Shown here piece by piece: positions 22,900 through 37,000 of a DNA stretch of 64,000 bases. The notes beneath the pieces were generated by a model, which was not told the DNA's origin, did not search any database, and worked only from the letters and a program-made list of their open reading frames with translations. Every line of letters begins with the position of its first letter. The stretch's first letter is position 1. Source of the DNA: Raillietiella orientalis (taxonomy: Eukaryota); NCBI GenBank assembly GCA_036172245.1, contig JAYWIR010000018.1, positions 3,534,001 through 3,598,000 of the forward strand, given 5' to 3'. The position numbers and the translations under genes were made by a program.

Positions 22900-25800
22900 T
22901 GTTTTCCAAACAGAAAAAAAAATAAATGGGCAATGTGAATCGCTCCTGAAATATGGATAGATCGACTAGTTGGTAAAAATTGAGAAGGGAAGAAAAAAAC
23001 AAAAACACGCCCACTAGTACATCAGATACGCAGAAGGAAGGGCAAGGATAGTGAAGGAGAAAAGACAATAAATGAAAAAATAACAAGGAAGAAGAAAAAA
23101 AGCCTCATCAGTCACAATCACCACGTCTTCCAAAACCTTTATACGTCATAGATTGCGCCCTCTTCAATGCTGAAATTTGTCAAAACATACTTTCCCACAT
23201 TCTTCATCACTCCGAACTCGAGGAGTACCGACCATCTTTCCTGCTAACGCTCGTCTTCAATGTTACAGGATGCCACGATACTGCCGCTACAACACAGGAT
23301 CGGGGAAGCAGGCGAAAACCCATCCCACGTGAAGCAGCTACGCAACAACCCTTCTCCAGTGTCTTCGGGACGAAGTAGGACAGCAGCGAGGCGTTTCCAA
23401 ACGCTTTGAAGTTGACCGCATCCCAGCATCCATCCCAATGTCCTTCTTTAGAGAGGAGACGCACTGACCACAAGGAACTCGCCCCTCTCTGGAATCAGCA
23501 TCGAGAGCATATGCACTGGGGAAAGGGGTGGGTGGGGATGCGGAGGTACAATTCTGTGGCGAAGCATTTTATCAGCGGTCCCTTTTCATTGGGTGCTTTC
23601 CATCTTAACGATGGAGGCAGCAATCTCCTCCATCCAAAGAGGAGCTCCTCTCTCTCCAAGCGTGAACCGAGTTCCTCTCCGAGCGCTCCTTTCGGTTCAC
23701 GCTGAAGCGCCCTCCGGCAGCTACTGCTCCGCGAAGTCTCTCTGCCTTTGCGTGCGGTGAGGAGTAGAAGACGCGGACGTCTTTCTTTACGGTCAGCTGG
23801 AGGTGAACGTCCCAGGTCTTGCTCGTTTAGCGCACATGGTGCCCTTTGATGTGTCGTTCGTGCGACTCTGGTCTTGTATTCGGCCAGCCTGCGCGCAGCC
23901 AGGTTCGCGCTTGCAAGAAAGCGCGGCTGTTGCTAATTCTTCCCCCGAAACCTTGGAGCAGGAGGTGCGGCGGATATGACCGGACCGAATTCTTTCGGAC
24001 CGAATCCTTCAATCCTAGTCGAGATCGGTGGAATGGCAAAAACCACGGAGGAAAGCAGCGAGCTGCTCTGCGGTTTGCAGACGACTCAGTCTCCATACAT
24101 TCATCGGAGGACGCTCTCCAGGCGGATGCAGCAGCTCCAACCCGACCCCGGGACGATCCGATAGGATCGATTTCACTTTGCCTCTTGTGTCCACCCGCGA
24201 AAAAAACGGGTGTTCGTCGAGGCGGGCGTATTCGACCGAATCGTGCATTCCAGGCTCATGGGTGAGCAAGTTCATCGCCTGCCCTCGCTGGTCTTGCCAA
24301 CGGGTGTGATTCGACAGCAGACGGAGGCTGAAATCGGGCGCAACACGTCGGAACGCGCTTAGCCGTTGGCCAACGCCCAACTCGAGTTCGTTCGATGTGA
24401 ACGTTGTGGAGCGTAGACGTTGGTCACGACGAGATCAATCGCATCGGACCATCTGAGCGAAAGTCGGCCCGGCCCGCTCGACCGATGTCATGGAAACGGA
24501 CGTCGCTCGTGGCACTCGCGAGATGCGCGTGCACGGAACGCGACTCTGCGCGTGTTCCAGGAACCACAATGCCAGGGCAGCTTACACTGGACCTTTTCGC
24601 ATCCCCCACCGTGGAGAGCGCTGGTGGACTTCTTGGAAAAGAGCGAGGGCTTTGAGGACTTCTTGGAGGTCGCGGCGGAGCGGGGATTGGGTCGCGGCTG
24701 GTCCTTTCGAGTCTCTGAGAGTTTTCCGTTCACATCCCAAGCGGCAGTTCGCAATCGATGCAAGGAGGCGGCTGCCCGCATTGCTGCTGGGAAGTCTACG
24801 CCGTCGCTCCCGCTTTGCGCTGAAGCGGGTCCGTCGTCAGCAGGGAGGGGTCCACGGATTTCGTTGCTCCCTCCTTCCCTACAGCGGTCCTGGACGAACT
24901 TAGGACCAGGCCCTCCTGCCGTCGAGTTCTCTCCTGTTGGCGACATGTGGCTCCCCATCGAGGGAGGCAGGAACGTCGTCGCCGCGTTTCGCGGTAACGT
25001 CGAGGATCACCGCATCGGGCGTCGCGTTGGCGACGTTCTCTACTAGTCGCGATAGCCGCTTGTCCCGTTTTTATCCTCTCCTTCCGCTGTCCTTCGCCTT
25101 GATGGTTTCCCACTTTCTTCTTTTTCTTTTTATCCGCCACCAGCAGCAGCCATCCCGCCTTCTCGTCATTTTCCTGAGCCGAGGTATCGCGTCCGAGGTT
25201 CGTGCGGTTTGCGGTTTCACGCGGTTCGCCTCGGCATCGGATTGACCCGTGTTTGCGGCGCGCGTCGTGTGTCTTTTTCTTTTTGCTCTCGCAGCGGGGA
25301 GAACGGACGCCTTCTCTTCGGGTGTCCCGTGTCATCGCAACGACCGCAATTCCTTCGATCTCCATGGAAACCATAGGTAGGTTGGTGTTCTGCCTGCACT
25401 TGCAGTGCATCGGGAATCGCTTCCCACAGCGTGCTGCGGCACGCGCGGCCGCTGCCGGCCGTTGTGCGGTCCCTCGGATCCTGCGAACAAGCTGGGCCTT
25501 GGCTAGAACGACGGTGCGCTCTCCTCTCGCCATGCGCAGTCCGAGTCCGTTATTGGGTGCACCACCCTCGAGTGGTCCTCCGTGTTTCGGAGAAGCTTTC
25601 TGCTCTCGATGGTTTAGGAAGTATTCAGCAGCTGTTAAGCGAGTCCCGAATCCTTGCAAGTAACCTCAAGGGATTGCGTGGCACTGACCACCGAGAGGCC
25701 TTCCAGCTCTGCCTTTTGCACGTTGCTTCGGGCGCGCACAGTTTCCGCGAAAGAGAGTGCAATCGAAGCGACTCCGAGAGACGGCAGCGCCGACCGGTAG

Positions 25801-26194
25801 CCTCGGACCATGTAGACCTAGGGAGCAGGCATCTCCGTTGGCGCTACTTGGCTCCAAGTCCTCTCTTTCCTGGACGGCGAAGCTGCAGAAGCTGCTGTCT
25901 CCGGCTCTGTGGGAAGCGGTGGTGAATTTCCTTCCTTCCTTTCGCTTGGCGGCATTTCTGCCATTGCAACGCCGCTACCCCGTCTCCAGGCTCGCGTGAA
26001 GCCATTGAAAAGCAAAAGGCATCTAGCCGAAGGGTGTTTTCGAACATCCGAGCGGTTCGGCGAAAGGCAAGCATGTCTGCACCGTCGAAGCACCCGCCCC
26101 TGGTCCAGAGGTGTCAGCATCACTGATCCAAGGGAAGTGTGGCCCTGCATTGTGTTAGGTGCGGTGAAATGGAGACCTTCCCGCGCGCTCTGCT
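22900..26194 (-). mobile_element. Inverted, internally deleted copy of the 12.8-17.4 kb element
   Basis: 23440-26194 is the reverse complement of 12796-15540, and several ORF-track peptides are identical or nearly so. 23281-23433 matches 17255-17408. The RT core is missing. It keeps its own C-terminal tail and T-rich UTR towards 23050. Confidence 0.92.
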
Positions 26195-26399
26195 CTAGTG
26201 TTTTGTACTCTGGAATGTATGGGTACGTCTATGAAGTTCTCAGGGATAGCCCTAGGGATCTGCTGATGCTCGAATGTATGCATGGTGCAATCTCTGCTGT
26301 CGCGTCGATCGCAGCTTTGTTCTTGCACTGCCGAGTCTTGATTGCAGGAATCCATTTCAATAGGGAGCTAACTGGTATGTCATCCCCCTCTTTTCTTCC

Positions 26400-29000
26400 T
26401 TTCTAAGATTGCCGTATGATTTTGATCATTCTCACGCTACAAGGAGGAAATTTGGGGCATTCTTGCCCGGATGCTAAAGACGCCATTGATGTCATCTTTA
26501 TCTTTTGATTGCTATTTCTTTTTTTTTTGTTTTTGAAAACCATCTTGCATTTTTTGATTTTGTTTCTGCTTGCACTAAATGTAAGCTTTTCTGGATTATC
26601 TGCTTCATTGCATATGTACTTCCTGTAGCGAGATTTTCTAATTGTCTCTCTAAACAAATTGTGCCACAAGCAAGAAAGTTCCATCGATTTTCCGTTTTAG
26701 TCTTTCTCTAGAAATCGTGGCTCTGAGCATTTCTTCCTAGGATCCATCTTGATTCTTTGAGATTTGGAAGGCCTTGTTTCGCATTTATTTAGCCTCCTAC
26801 TCTACAAAGGCATTCAAAAAGGCGCCACAAGAATTGATGGAAAATTCTTTTTTTCGTGATAGTTGGCTGCATGATATCCTACTCAAATTTAACGTCCTCT
26901 TCTTCGTGACAATAGCTAGTAGAATGGTCCACATCAAGCATCTACAGACTTGTTACACAAGTATGAGGATGGTCGCTATGGTTTTTTTGTAATTCACGGA
27001 ATTCCGTTGAGCATTGTATATCCGAAGAGAGGGAACGGTGACATATGATCCCTAATCATTCATTGAATTTGCCTTTAATCCAAGAGAACTGTCTCGTTCT
27101 TTGATGCTGTAGCTAAAGCTCATGCACCTATCCTATTCTTGTGATTTGGTGGCCATTTCTGCCGGCATTTCATTTTCGACCTTACGCTTGATTCTACTCG
27201 AGGCCATTTGGGCAGATGAGTCGTTGGCTCGTGAATTGGGTTCAATTGGAGGAGGTTTGGTGGGCATACAAACAACGACGTCGTCTAAAAAAAGGGAGCC
27301 TTGAATGCCAGGAGACTGGAAGAAGCACTTCACGTTCCCCGTCCACTTCGATGGATGGGATCAGAAAACGGCAGATGAGGACAGAGCCGATACGCTGAGC
27401 CAGTTATCTTCATTATTCATCCTTTCAGCTCAATGGGTGGGCCCTTATCTTTCGGATGTAAGGGTGTCTTCCTTCAACAAACTTTGCCATCCTGACTGGT
27501 CACGGCCTTTCCTCTTTCCACATGCCGGTCACAGGGACAGGAAGTTTCGGACAGGAAGGGACAGGAACTTCTCATTTGCCGATTTCTATCGATGACATGA
27601 TGGCTGGGAGCGACCATCGCAAAAGCGAAACCATCTTTCACGCGCCGTTCATCTGTTGCAGGATCTTGGCAAGATTAAGCTATCAAGTAGGACGACAGCG
27701 TCAGAACACCTCTTTCGTCAAGACGCCCGTGAGTCAGAGCAGCGTATGGTAGATCTCGGTGAGGCTCAGCAGTCGCACCGTAAAACTATGACTTCGGTCA
27801 TAACACTCTGAGGAGACCTAAATCGGCGATCAATCCGTTTCGTGCTTCGCCATGTAGACCTAAAGAGCACTGGAAGACCTTAAAGCAGGGGTAGCTCTTT
27901 GATATGAGCTTTTTTCAGTTACCAAGGCTCAGCCAACAAATTTCCCTGTGGTCAAGGAATCTTCCAGAACCTTCGAGCTTACGGCGAAAAAATGCCCAAC
28001 TCGGGCACCAAGATTGGCACGCACGTTGGAATCTTCTCCGGAATGCACTTTTCAGTTCAGAGAAAGAGCTTCTGGATTGAAGTTTCCAAGCTTTTATCGA
28101 GATCCTATCTTCAGAGAGGAATTAGAAACCTACAAGAGAAGATCGGGGTAACGCCGAGATAAAATAGAAACCGTAACTTTCTACGGAGATGTTTTGTTCC
28201 GAGCTGATGGAAGACGTGACATTTTCCCCCCTATGCTTTGGGATGCTGGTGCGGCATGCAACATCCAAACATTTGAACTTACGCAACTTTCCTGCACAGA
28301 ATTCTGGATGCCTTTACGTCTAATGCTGTACTTGGCCGTACAAAAAAGTCTGTGTAAAGAGAGGGAGAGAGAGAGAAAGGAGACAGCAGCAAGCAACCGA
28401 ATTGTGCCTTGATTTCTGCCTCTCCATCTCCAGAAAGATGGCTCCTTAAATTCATGAAGTTCGGGCAGATCAGGGGATTGCTTCAGTGACTAAATGGCAT
28501 CTTCGTTTGGAGTTTTGGAAACTATTTCCATAGCATTCGGAAAAATCTGAAATTAGTGGACATTCCCGATCTCCTATTCTTTTTCTCACCGCTCTTTTCT
28601 GACACGTACGGAACACTCGTTGACGATTTCTCTGACTTACCTATTTGGAAAGTGGTGTGAGTAGGTTCCCATTCTCGCACAAAGCACATGTTCGGCACAG
28701 GTGTGGATGTCAGAAGGAACATTTCGAAGAGGAAGTGAACGGGAGCAATTGAAGTTTTCGATCTCTTTGCACATAATGGGTGACTCATATGCCGGTTCTT
28801 GCTGGTGGCGACAGCGATAGCCCAATTGCCGCGCTGCCAGCTAAAAGAGCTCAAGAAACCAAACCTCAGGGTTTCTTGGATCGCATCTTCCGGGGGAGCG
28901 CTCTTGCAGCTTTAAAATGATAAGAAGCCTCCTTCAGAAATTGCCAAAGATGCTGGGTTTCACTCCATGACCACGAACGCTGATGGGCTATCGATCTGTG
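26400..29000 (-). mobile_element. Heavily decayed non-LTR ORF2 relic (APE + RT)
   Basis: GSLFLDDVVV (YADD-like, about 27280) and RGNWAIAV...(APE-like, about 28820) in the expected order. Confidence 0.5.
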
Positions 29001-29799
29001 GAGTTAAATTTGCCTTAGCACGGAGGCGTTTATGAGGATGTGTTCGAGTTTCTGCAGATGATGCAGAAGGAAATGGTGTGCATGCGAAGTGTATTTCTAT
29101 GCGTTAAGAAGCATCTCATCTAAAACGCCCTGCTGTGAGGACGGCGGGAGTATATTTTCATCGGAGTTCTTTGATGAGGACTGTTCTCTGTGGTCCGTTC
29201 GCGCTTGAATTAGGAAATTCGCCGCCGTCCTCATTGTATATTTTACGTTGGATGCATTCATCTGTGCTGCCCAATGTTTGGCTTGTTGATATTAGTTATA
29301 GATATTCTGGTGCTTCCGAGAAGAGCTCTTTTGTTGTGAGGATTTCAGTTTGCTGAGGAGGAGAGATTTTATTGTGAGGACCATAGTTTTATGCTAAGCG
29401 AAGTTGCCTAACGTTCTTTGGAAATAAAGTCCAATCAGGCGTTAGAGGGCAATAACGGTTGTTTTCAATTTCGCAAAACTGCTGAAAAAATTTTTTTTAG
29501 ACATTTGTCCCTAAGAAATCGGAGAGGGACCAATGAAGAAGTAAAGTTTGGGGGAAGAAATGGGGAAAGCTTTGGATCCTTCTGGAGGAGGAATTTTTCA
29601 TGATATTAGTGATGCTTGCCGGAAGATGAAAGAGAAAACTTTTTTTGTTACAGCTACTTCATACTAATGTACAGATAACAGATAGAACATATCATATCAG
29701 CATTGATGGGTTGTTCTGGGGTCTTCCTTATCTTCTAGTATTTTGGTATCTTATTAGGGGTTATGAACGATCCAACTCTCGAAGAGGTGCTCATTGTGG

Positions 29800-30700
29800 T
29801 AAGGTTCCCATTTGCAAATGAGATGTTCGGTATTTTCAAATATTTTCACAGATCCACTTTGAATCAAACATGAATCTGTTTTTAATTTGTGCCTTAAAAC
29901 CCCATCGAACAGCTTTTTTATCCTATCTCTTAGAATCGATCAGCGCCATGATTTCATTAGTGAAATATATGCCATGTCAGATTCATCTCACGAGGCCAAC
30001 GTGGATTTTCCAGCTGCACATTTGTTCTCCTGGTACCACCACGGGCGGTGATTAGACTGCTGTCGCAATGTTTGTAGAGCTTGATGTTCTTCTTAATAAA
30101 GAATCCGGTCTTGGGATTCTTTTTGCACCGCTCTCATTGCTAGATCGATGCACCCTTCAATGTGGTTCGATTTTTCTCCAGTAAAATTCAAACCCTCTTG
30201 TAGAGTATCAGGTTTTAGCTCATCCTGGTTGAAAAATCAAAGCTTCGGTTTCTTTACCCGAAATTAGTTCATCAAGTAAAATGCTGTGATTCCAGCTGTA
30301 AGTTTCTTTACAAGAGCATTTTATAATGTGCGATGGTGAGGATTTTTTTTTTTTTTCTAGTTTGGGTCATGTAGTTGGTAGTCTTAATTTTATTTATCCA
30401 TGGAAGTTTCTCTTCTCCCTGTTTCTTTTCCCACGCTACAGAATAGTGATAGGATTTCTTGCAGCCCTTGTATTCTTTGTAAATAGTCTGTTTTGGCATA
30501 AATGTTGTAGGAGCTTCTCCAGCTTTGGCTCACCATGGGGCCTCTGACCAACAGGTGGTGGCTTATCAGATAGGTATGAGGTAGCTCATCAAACCATTCT
30601 GGGAACAAATTCAAAGTTTGACTTAGATGTCGCGCTCTAGTGAAAAGGTAAAGTGATCATACTGGACATTTCTGGACCCAAACATTCATCGTGGAGTTGT
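29800..30700 (-). mobile_element. Decayed APE endonuclease relic of a non-LTR element
   Basis: SYNIYAK (NxYAP), YWRKIEP (DxWR...P) and SNHRP (SDHxP) in correct order across frameshifts. Confidence 0.5.
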
Positions 30701-31899
30701 CTGTAGGAGACAAGACAAGGAAAAGCGTAAGCGTCGAAGCAGTAAGAAACATCCCTATTCTCTAACGTGGGAAAACAAATAAAAAAAGGAGAAACACATC
30801 GTTAGTCCTCCACCTCGTCTTCATAGGAGTGCCCACATCGTAAGATCTTTGAGATCCTGGAATTCGAAAATCATGAAGTGTCATGGAAATGGACAATTCT
30901 AAAGAAGCAGGTGGTGTACATTAGAAAAAGTATGATGTGAGAGAGCATACAGTATACATCTTACCGGACCATGTACTCGGAAACGAATCACCATAATAGA
31001 TGCAACCTGAACCTCCGAAAACCAGCCAAAGGCTAGCAAAAAGACTAGGAAAGGGGAGGAGACCAGCTGCTGAGATCTGGATGCATGCTTATTTGCATTG
31101 TCTGTGTCTGCCCTCGTGCTGGGATCCCCAGATGCGGGTTCTGAAGGAAATTAGATCACAAAGAATAAAGTTCACTAATTGAAGAGGCAAATGGCCTCCA
31201 TCAACATCCGGTAGTTGAGTCTGATCCATTGATGCATCAGGCAGACCTCAGTCAGCAGCCTTGTAGCCGTGTTACATTACAAGATGACAACGAAAATGAT
31301 GTCTGAGAAAGCTCGAAACCCCAAGAAATTGCTGGAATTTTTTTTCTCGGCAGTGGAAATGTGAGTAACCCCTTTCGGCTTTCCCATTATGCTGATCTCG
31401 GGATGTGTAATGAAAAGGAAGAACATTTGAAAATCACAGAAAGAGCTGAAGAGAAGAATGAGATGTGAAACAGGATTAGGGATTGAAGACTTGAGAGGCT
31501 TCGAATAAGATTAGATCTTAAAAGGTGCAAACACATATTAAGAGGGGAGCTTGTCTGTTATGTTTGCTTTCTTTGTGGAAATTTAGGCAGGATTCCAGAA
31601 CGATCAATCATTGATCCACACTTATAGCCTGTGATGCAAAATCCTGCTCTTCGGGTACCATAAGCTTTGTAAGGCATACTAGTGTTTCATGCGGAGACAG
31701 ACCTTGTTGGTGGGTCCCATGAACACCCTTACTATGTCGTGTGGCTGTAAAGAACATCAGCTTTCGCATACGGCACGCATACAGCAGAAAGACCCTCCAG
31801 TTTCCGTGACATTTAATCAATTTTTAAGATCTCAAGGACCCTAACAAACTGGCTACAAGGACTATAGAAGAAGCTTGAATCTCGGATGCTAGATAGAAA

Positions 31900-34070
31900 G
31901 AGGGTAGTCTCTCGATGCTTCCTTTCACGTGAGACCAGATACAGTAATAGATCGTCAAAGTCTGAGATTTTCAGATTTATTAAAGAATTCACTCGCGTCC
32001 CATTCACTGGAAATCCCTTTCTTTAGTAGGTGCACCAATTTGCGGTGTTTAGTGTTTAGGAACAGAATGTCTCACACAGTGTTCAAGTGCAGCTTGATCC
32101 ACTTAAAACCGACTTGCATTAAAGCGTCGCCACACTTCGCCGCAAGATTAGACTCCGAATCTCCTGGTGCTTCAGCTATCAGAGCTGGTTAGGAAGACGA
32201 GTGACATTCCTTTCTGTCGACGAAATTCGTCTGCTTCAGAAGGGAGGAAATGTGAGGCAACATGAGCAATTGACGTCTGATCACAGTTGTCAACTAGAAG
32301 TGAATTTGTTGTCTAAACTGTGGGCTACACTACTAGGTCGGGTGACAGACTCTACGATTAACCACAAACAGACTTACTGTCTTCTGACGAAGCATGGAGA
32401 GCTACCTGTTCTACGAGAGGATCTGGTTCAGGCTGCAGCATCGCGCCGTGCTCGCCAGCTCCAAGGCCAGTCTGACTCGAACAAGGTGATCAAAGGAGGA
32501 AAGAGACAGAAAGAACCACATGCCTTGCTGATGGCGATCTGCCTTATTGAGATATTCCAATGAGTTAAATAGAAACTACTCTTGGAGCTCCTAGTCCGTC
32601 ATGGCTTCCCGGCCGTCCTGCTAATATACTTTCTGCTCTGAGTATTGCGATGCAATTATTTACATCTGTTCCAACAACCTCCACTCTAACAGACCTCCAC
32701 GTCGACCTCCACTGGGAGGTGGGAGATCCGACATGGAAGCAGTCTCAGCTTGTTACTCTTCAGTTTCTACTTCCAGTTACTACTGAACGGATTTTGGAAA
32801 CTTTGGAGGCTATACTGTACTCCTGGACGGTATAGCCGCCGGTATAGCCCCTGTCTGACATCCGTGTCGGCTTACGCGGATGGCATGATTCTTCATGTCT
32901 ACTTCAGCACCTTCCTCAAGCTGATACGGCAAAGAGCGGGAAAGAACAAAGTCAAGGTCGTTCCCGTTGCTACATGGCAACGAGGTCTTTTCCGAGGCAG
33001 TATCGTGGGCAGGGAAGTCAGACCGCATCCTCTCGGGGATCCACGTGAGTAACTTCTGGTATCTTGATGTACTCTTGGGCGACTATTGCGTGGCAAAAGC
33101 GTGGTCTGCCTGCCTTCAGAAGTGGAGGAGCGCTGGGAAGGTTCCTTGGTTTTTCTTTCCGGAACGCACTGTAATTTGAAATTTCCTTTTGTCGCTCCCT
33201 CTATGGTTCCTGCTCTTTGCTTGTCCCTCACTCTACAAGTGAAAAAGAAAACATAAACACTCCATAAAACCCTTGTGGCTCAACGCGGTTCACGATCTGC
33301 CTAAAAAACCTGGACTCTGCACCACAGACTCGTCGTGCTGTACGTTCAAGAACCGGAAGTGCAGGTACAATTTTTGCTAACTGTCGCTGATGTTCCATTA
33401 GTGGAACCAGCACTGGTATCCCCTGTGAGCCACATTCCTTGGCGCGTGGTCGGTTGAGAGGCAACAGCATCACTGGTTATCCAAACTGCAGCTGGCTGAA
33501 GAACTAGGTATTTTCTTCGAAATAGCTGGGCCTCCCTCTGCAGAAACATACATACATAGATCTCCTGCATGCGTCTGAATTACAATGAGTGCCGACAGAA
33601 GGCTGTGAATGCATAAGCATGGGTCTCTCAAATCGAATCCGTGCTGTGTCTTGTGCAATTATGTCCTTCTAGGATGTAAGACGGGATCTTAAGAAGTGGA
33701 CATGCATCATTGCCACTCCCCTGTTCACAGCTGTGTCCTTCCTCTGAGAGAGTGATGACAGTTGCCGACCATCTAGATGGGAGGTCTCCTGTTCCAAAAC
33801 AGGGGTCAGTGAATACCTATAAGCGAAGCATGAGAGCATGAGAGCTTTCGGACATCACAACACCAAGCGTTCGCCTGTCAGAGATGATAAGCACTGGTTT
33901 CCAACATAGGTGCATTCATTCATTCCTTTATTTGTTTTTATCTTCTCCAACTCCTCCGTACTATGAGTGTTTTCCTCTTCTCTACCAACTTGCGTGTCGG
34001 TGTTCCCCAATTGTGTCCTCGAGACAAGTGAGTGTATGTTTATTTACCTTAAACAAATGTCCCATTGGGT
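31900..34070 (+). mobile_element. Decayed Tx1-like ORF2 (RT) with 3' UTR
   Basis: LLSKLWATLLGRV...INHKQTY; GGKRQKEP; VSAYADGMIL; FWYLDV; ends in a UTR homologous to 39390-39700. Confidence 0.65.
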
Positions 34071-37000
34071 TTAAAACAAAAACAGACCTCAGCCGGTTGT
34101 TTTAAAGTGACCGATCATCGTCCCACTACTCTCATTCCCCACATCTTGTACCCAGTCCAAAGGCTCTCACGGCATTGGTACAGGCTTAATGCGAAACTAG
34201 GATATGGTTATTCGCATTAAACTTGGGATATGGTGAGTTGGCAGGTTTATAGTTGGTAGATGTATACTTCAAGGTTAAGTCATTGTGAGGTGGTCCTCCA
34301 TGTGGGTTGGGAACGTGTGATGAGTCCTCCTAGTCGGAGTACGGGAAGAAAGGGGAAGGTCGGAGAGTATATAAGGCATACGTGCTGTACGCTCAGCATG
34401 GATTTGTGACTGATCTTGCTGGGAAGCATCGGGACCGTGGCTTCCTTTTTAGAATTACAACCGTTCTTGAGTTTATCCTGCAGCAAAAAAACTCAAGCGT
34501 TCTTCCTTCCATTGTGGCCGGCTGACTGCCCTGACTGAATCGGAAACGTGATCGAACACACGCAAGGGGAAGCGACCAAGTGTACACAAAATCGCACAAA
34601 AACATGACGTTTCCTGAAATTTTTCTTGCAACAAGATTCCTTCTTTCTGGGAAATGGCTGGCGGAAGCGGAAATTTCAAAGACTTTTGCTCATGACATCT
34701 CAGAGGAAGTGGGAAATTCTCCAAGCTTTGCTCTGTGGTTGTATGCAAGATAAGGTTCTATTCAGTAAGATGTCCCAGGGCGCCATACCATTTTGTAGTG
34801 CAGGAAAACCCAGCTACTCCATGGCAGGTGTATTTCTTATTTTTAAGCGAAGCTGTTGAATTGTCGGCTTTGGTCGCCGTTTCCGCCTTTATCCATGCAG
34901 TGAGTTGATTCGAAGTGGGAGGACGTAAAAGAATGTCTTTCGTAGTAGTCGGACGCAGATGCATTTGCAATTCCGTATTCGCAGCTCCAGGCAGCACCCT
35001 CAGCTTCTGCTTAGTCAGAAGCCCCTTCAATATGCGAATCAGAGTTCAGCTGCGTTTTTGGAACCTTGAGTGTTGTATAGAAACCATTCTCCTAATTAGT
35101 TCGTTTACTACTTTTTTCTATAAATAAATGCCTCACAGTGACCAAGTGCAAGGCTGTGGGGGCAGCTGCTTACACTACTAACTGATAAATGAAGTGTTGT
35201 TGAATTTTTTTTTCCGATTTATTGTATGATTTTTTTTCATAGTATCCGATAGAAGAGCTTTCAGTGGAACAGATGATTCTCGAAGCATGAATTCAGGACT
35301 TCAATATTGATCGTGAGCAAAGAGGAAACAGTTCATTTTAACATGAAATATCCTCCTGACTAAGCACCTATTGGTTCTGTAATTCACTGGAATGCACAAT
35401 TTGTTTCTCAATCTAATATCAGTTTTGCTTTTTATATCCTTTCCTACAGTTCCGCTTGACGCCGCATAATTGGAGCAGATGCTGGATTTGACCTAATTGT
35501 TCCATCCTGATATATCCTGAATAGCCAGAATCCATTGGTCTAATCGGTCACTTTGGAAAGCAAGCAACGATGTAACAGACAGGCTTTACTTGATTCCATT
35601 TATTGGATGAATCTCTCCATGCTTATTAGAGATCTTGGGCTGCAACTGAAGAACCCCCAGAGTGGAGTCACCATTGACTTCGTCTAGAGAAAAGAAAAGG
35701 GTCATCATACTCATTGCCTGCTGCTTCGTTTGAAAGCGGGGCATTGATAGAGTTTCAAAAGGTGTGTGGGGGAAAAGAAGCAAAATATTGCAACGATATG
35801 CTGTCCTTTACACTCTCGGGAACCCGCGCTTTCTTTGTGAGATCATTGTCAGGTCTTGAAATTCCAACAACGACGCTGTTCTGCAGCCTCCGGATTATGG
35901 AAATCTCTAGATCGTACGGGAATCAGATGATGTTATCTAATATCAACACAGCGGAAACATCTACATGACTCACTGCCTAGGGCATCCTCTGAGCAGCCAA
36001 GTAGCACAGAGTACATGAAACACCGGTTTGGGCCCACAAAAATCGAATGTTCTACCAAATAGGTTCAGCATAGTGATGCTGGACTGGAATTTTTAACTCT
36101 AAACTGAAGGGTAGGGGTTTGAACCACGGTGGTGGTGGCTTAGTGAAACAACACACTTACCGCACCACGGAACCGTCTCTATTTTAAAGTCTCCATTGCA
36201 GACCAGTCCTTCGTCAACAACAGGGAAGACAACGAAAAGGCTGAGGAGACGGTAGGAGATGTGGAAAATATCTCCCGTGCGTTCCTTGGCGTAGTTGAAA
36301 ATTTTTTGGAAACACTCACTCTAGAAAAACAAGCAACATTCATTGCGAAGAACGAAGTTCTGCTAGACGGAGATTTGTTCTGCTTGATTTGTGAGTCATG
36401 AGCAAAGGACCTCTGAACTGGGAGAACACTCAGCCGATAGCATTGCTTCCTCAAAAGCGTGATACTACATTTGTATTCTGTGCCGTGATATGTGGCGAAG
36501 TAGCACGGCATACACACTTTGTTTAGCAGTTTTTACTGATGCCTGAGAAATCAATGGCGTGCTTTGGAACTCTTCCACGTTCTTCATCGCAACTTAAATG
36601 CAACAGCAACTTAAATGCTTACAAAATGAAGGGGCTTTGAACACCCGCTTTCTCCTTTCGAGGCTTACAAAATCTTTATATACCCAAAATATTTATATAC
36701 CCTCAGTGGTGAGCTCGTTTCAGCGATTTACGACACAGCCGGTGGACTATCACCAACGTTGCCAGAGATTTCTTTTGTACTGCTAGTTTTCGCGCAAAGG
36801 ATTTTCAACCGCAATCAACTGCTGCCCAGCGTGGTGTTCTTTCTGGAGCACAAAGAGCTGCCAATTGGTGATGCCATTTCATAACTTCACCTTTCCCAAA
36901 AGTGTGCTTCTGTTTTTGGTCTCAGTCCACAATCCCAAAAAAAAAGATATCCACTTTCCCCTCATGAGTTCCCAGCTTGCAACAGAAAATCACTCCCATG

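Larger units (their letters stand above)
12796..26194. repeat. Long inverted repeat: about 2.75 kb arms (12796-15540 / 23440-26194), about 7.9 kb spacer
   Basis: Direct reverse-complement comparison; e.g. the ORF 14604-14969(+) and 24015-24380(-) peptides are identical. Confidence 0.95.

Noticed and set aside
24796..25659. Long ORFs (150-290 aa) in and around the inverted-repeat arms and at 44-45 kb
   Set aside because: Off-frame or antisense shadows of GC-rich decayed retroelement sequence; the real motifs are scattered over several frames.
36060..36130. Box A/box B-like tRNA or SINE relic (ggtttgaacc)
   Set aside because: Both boxes are degenerate and no cloverleaf could be formed.
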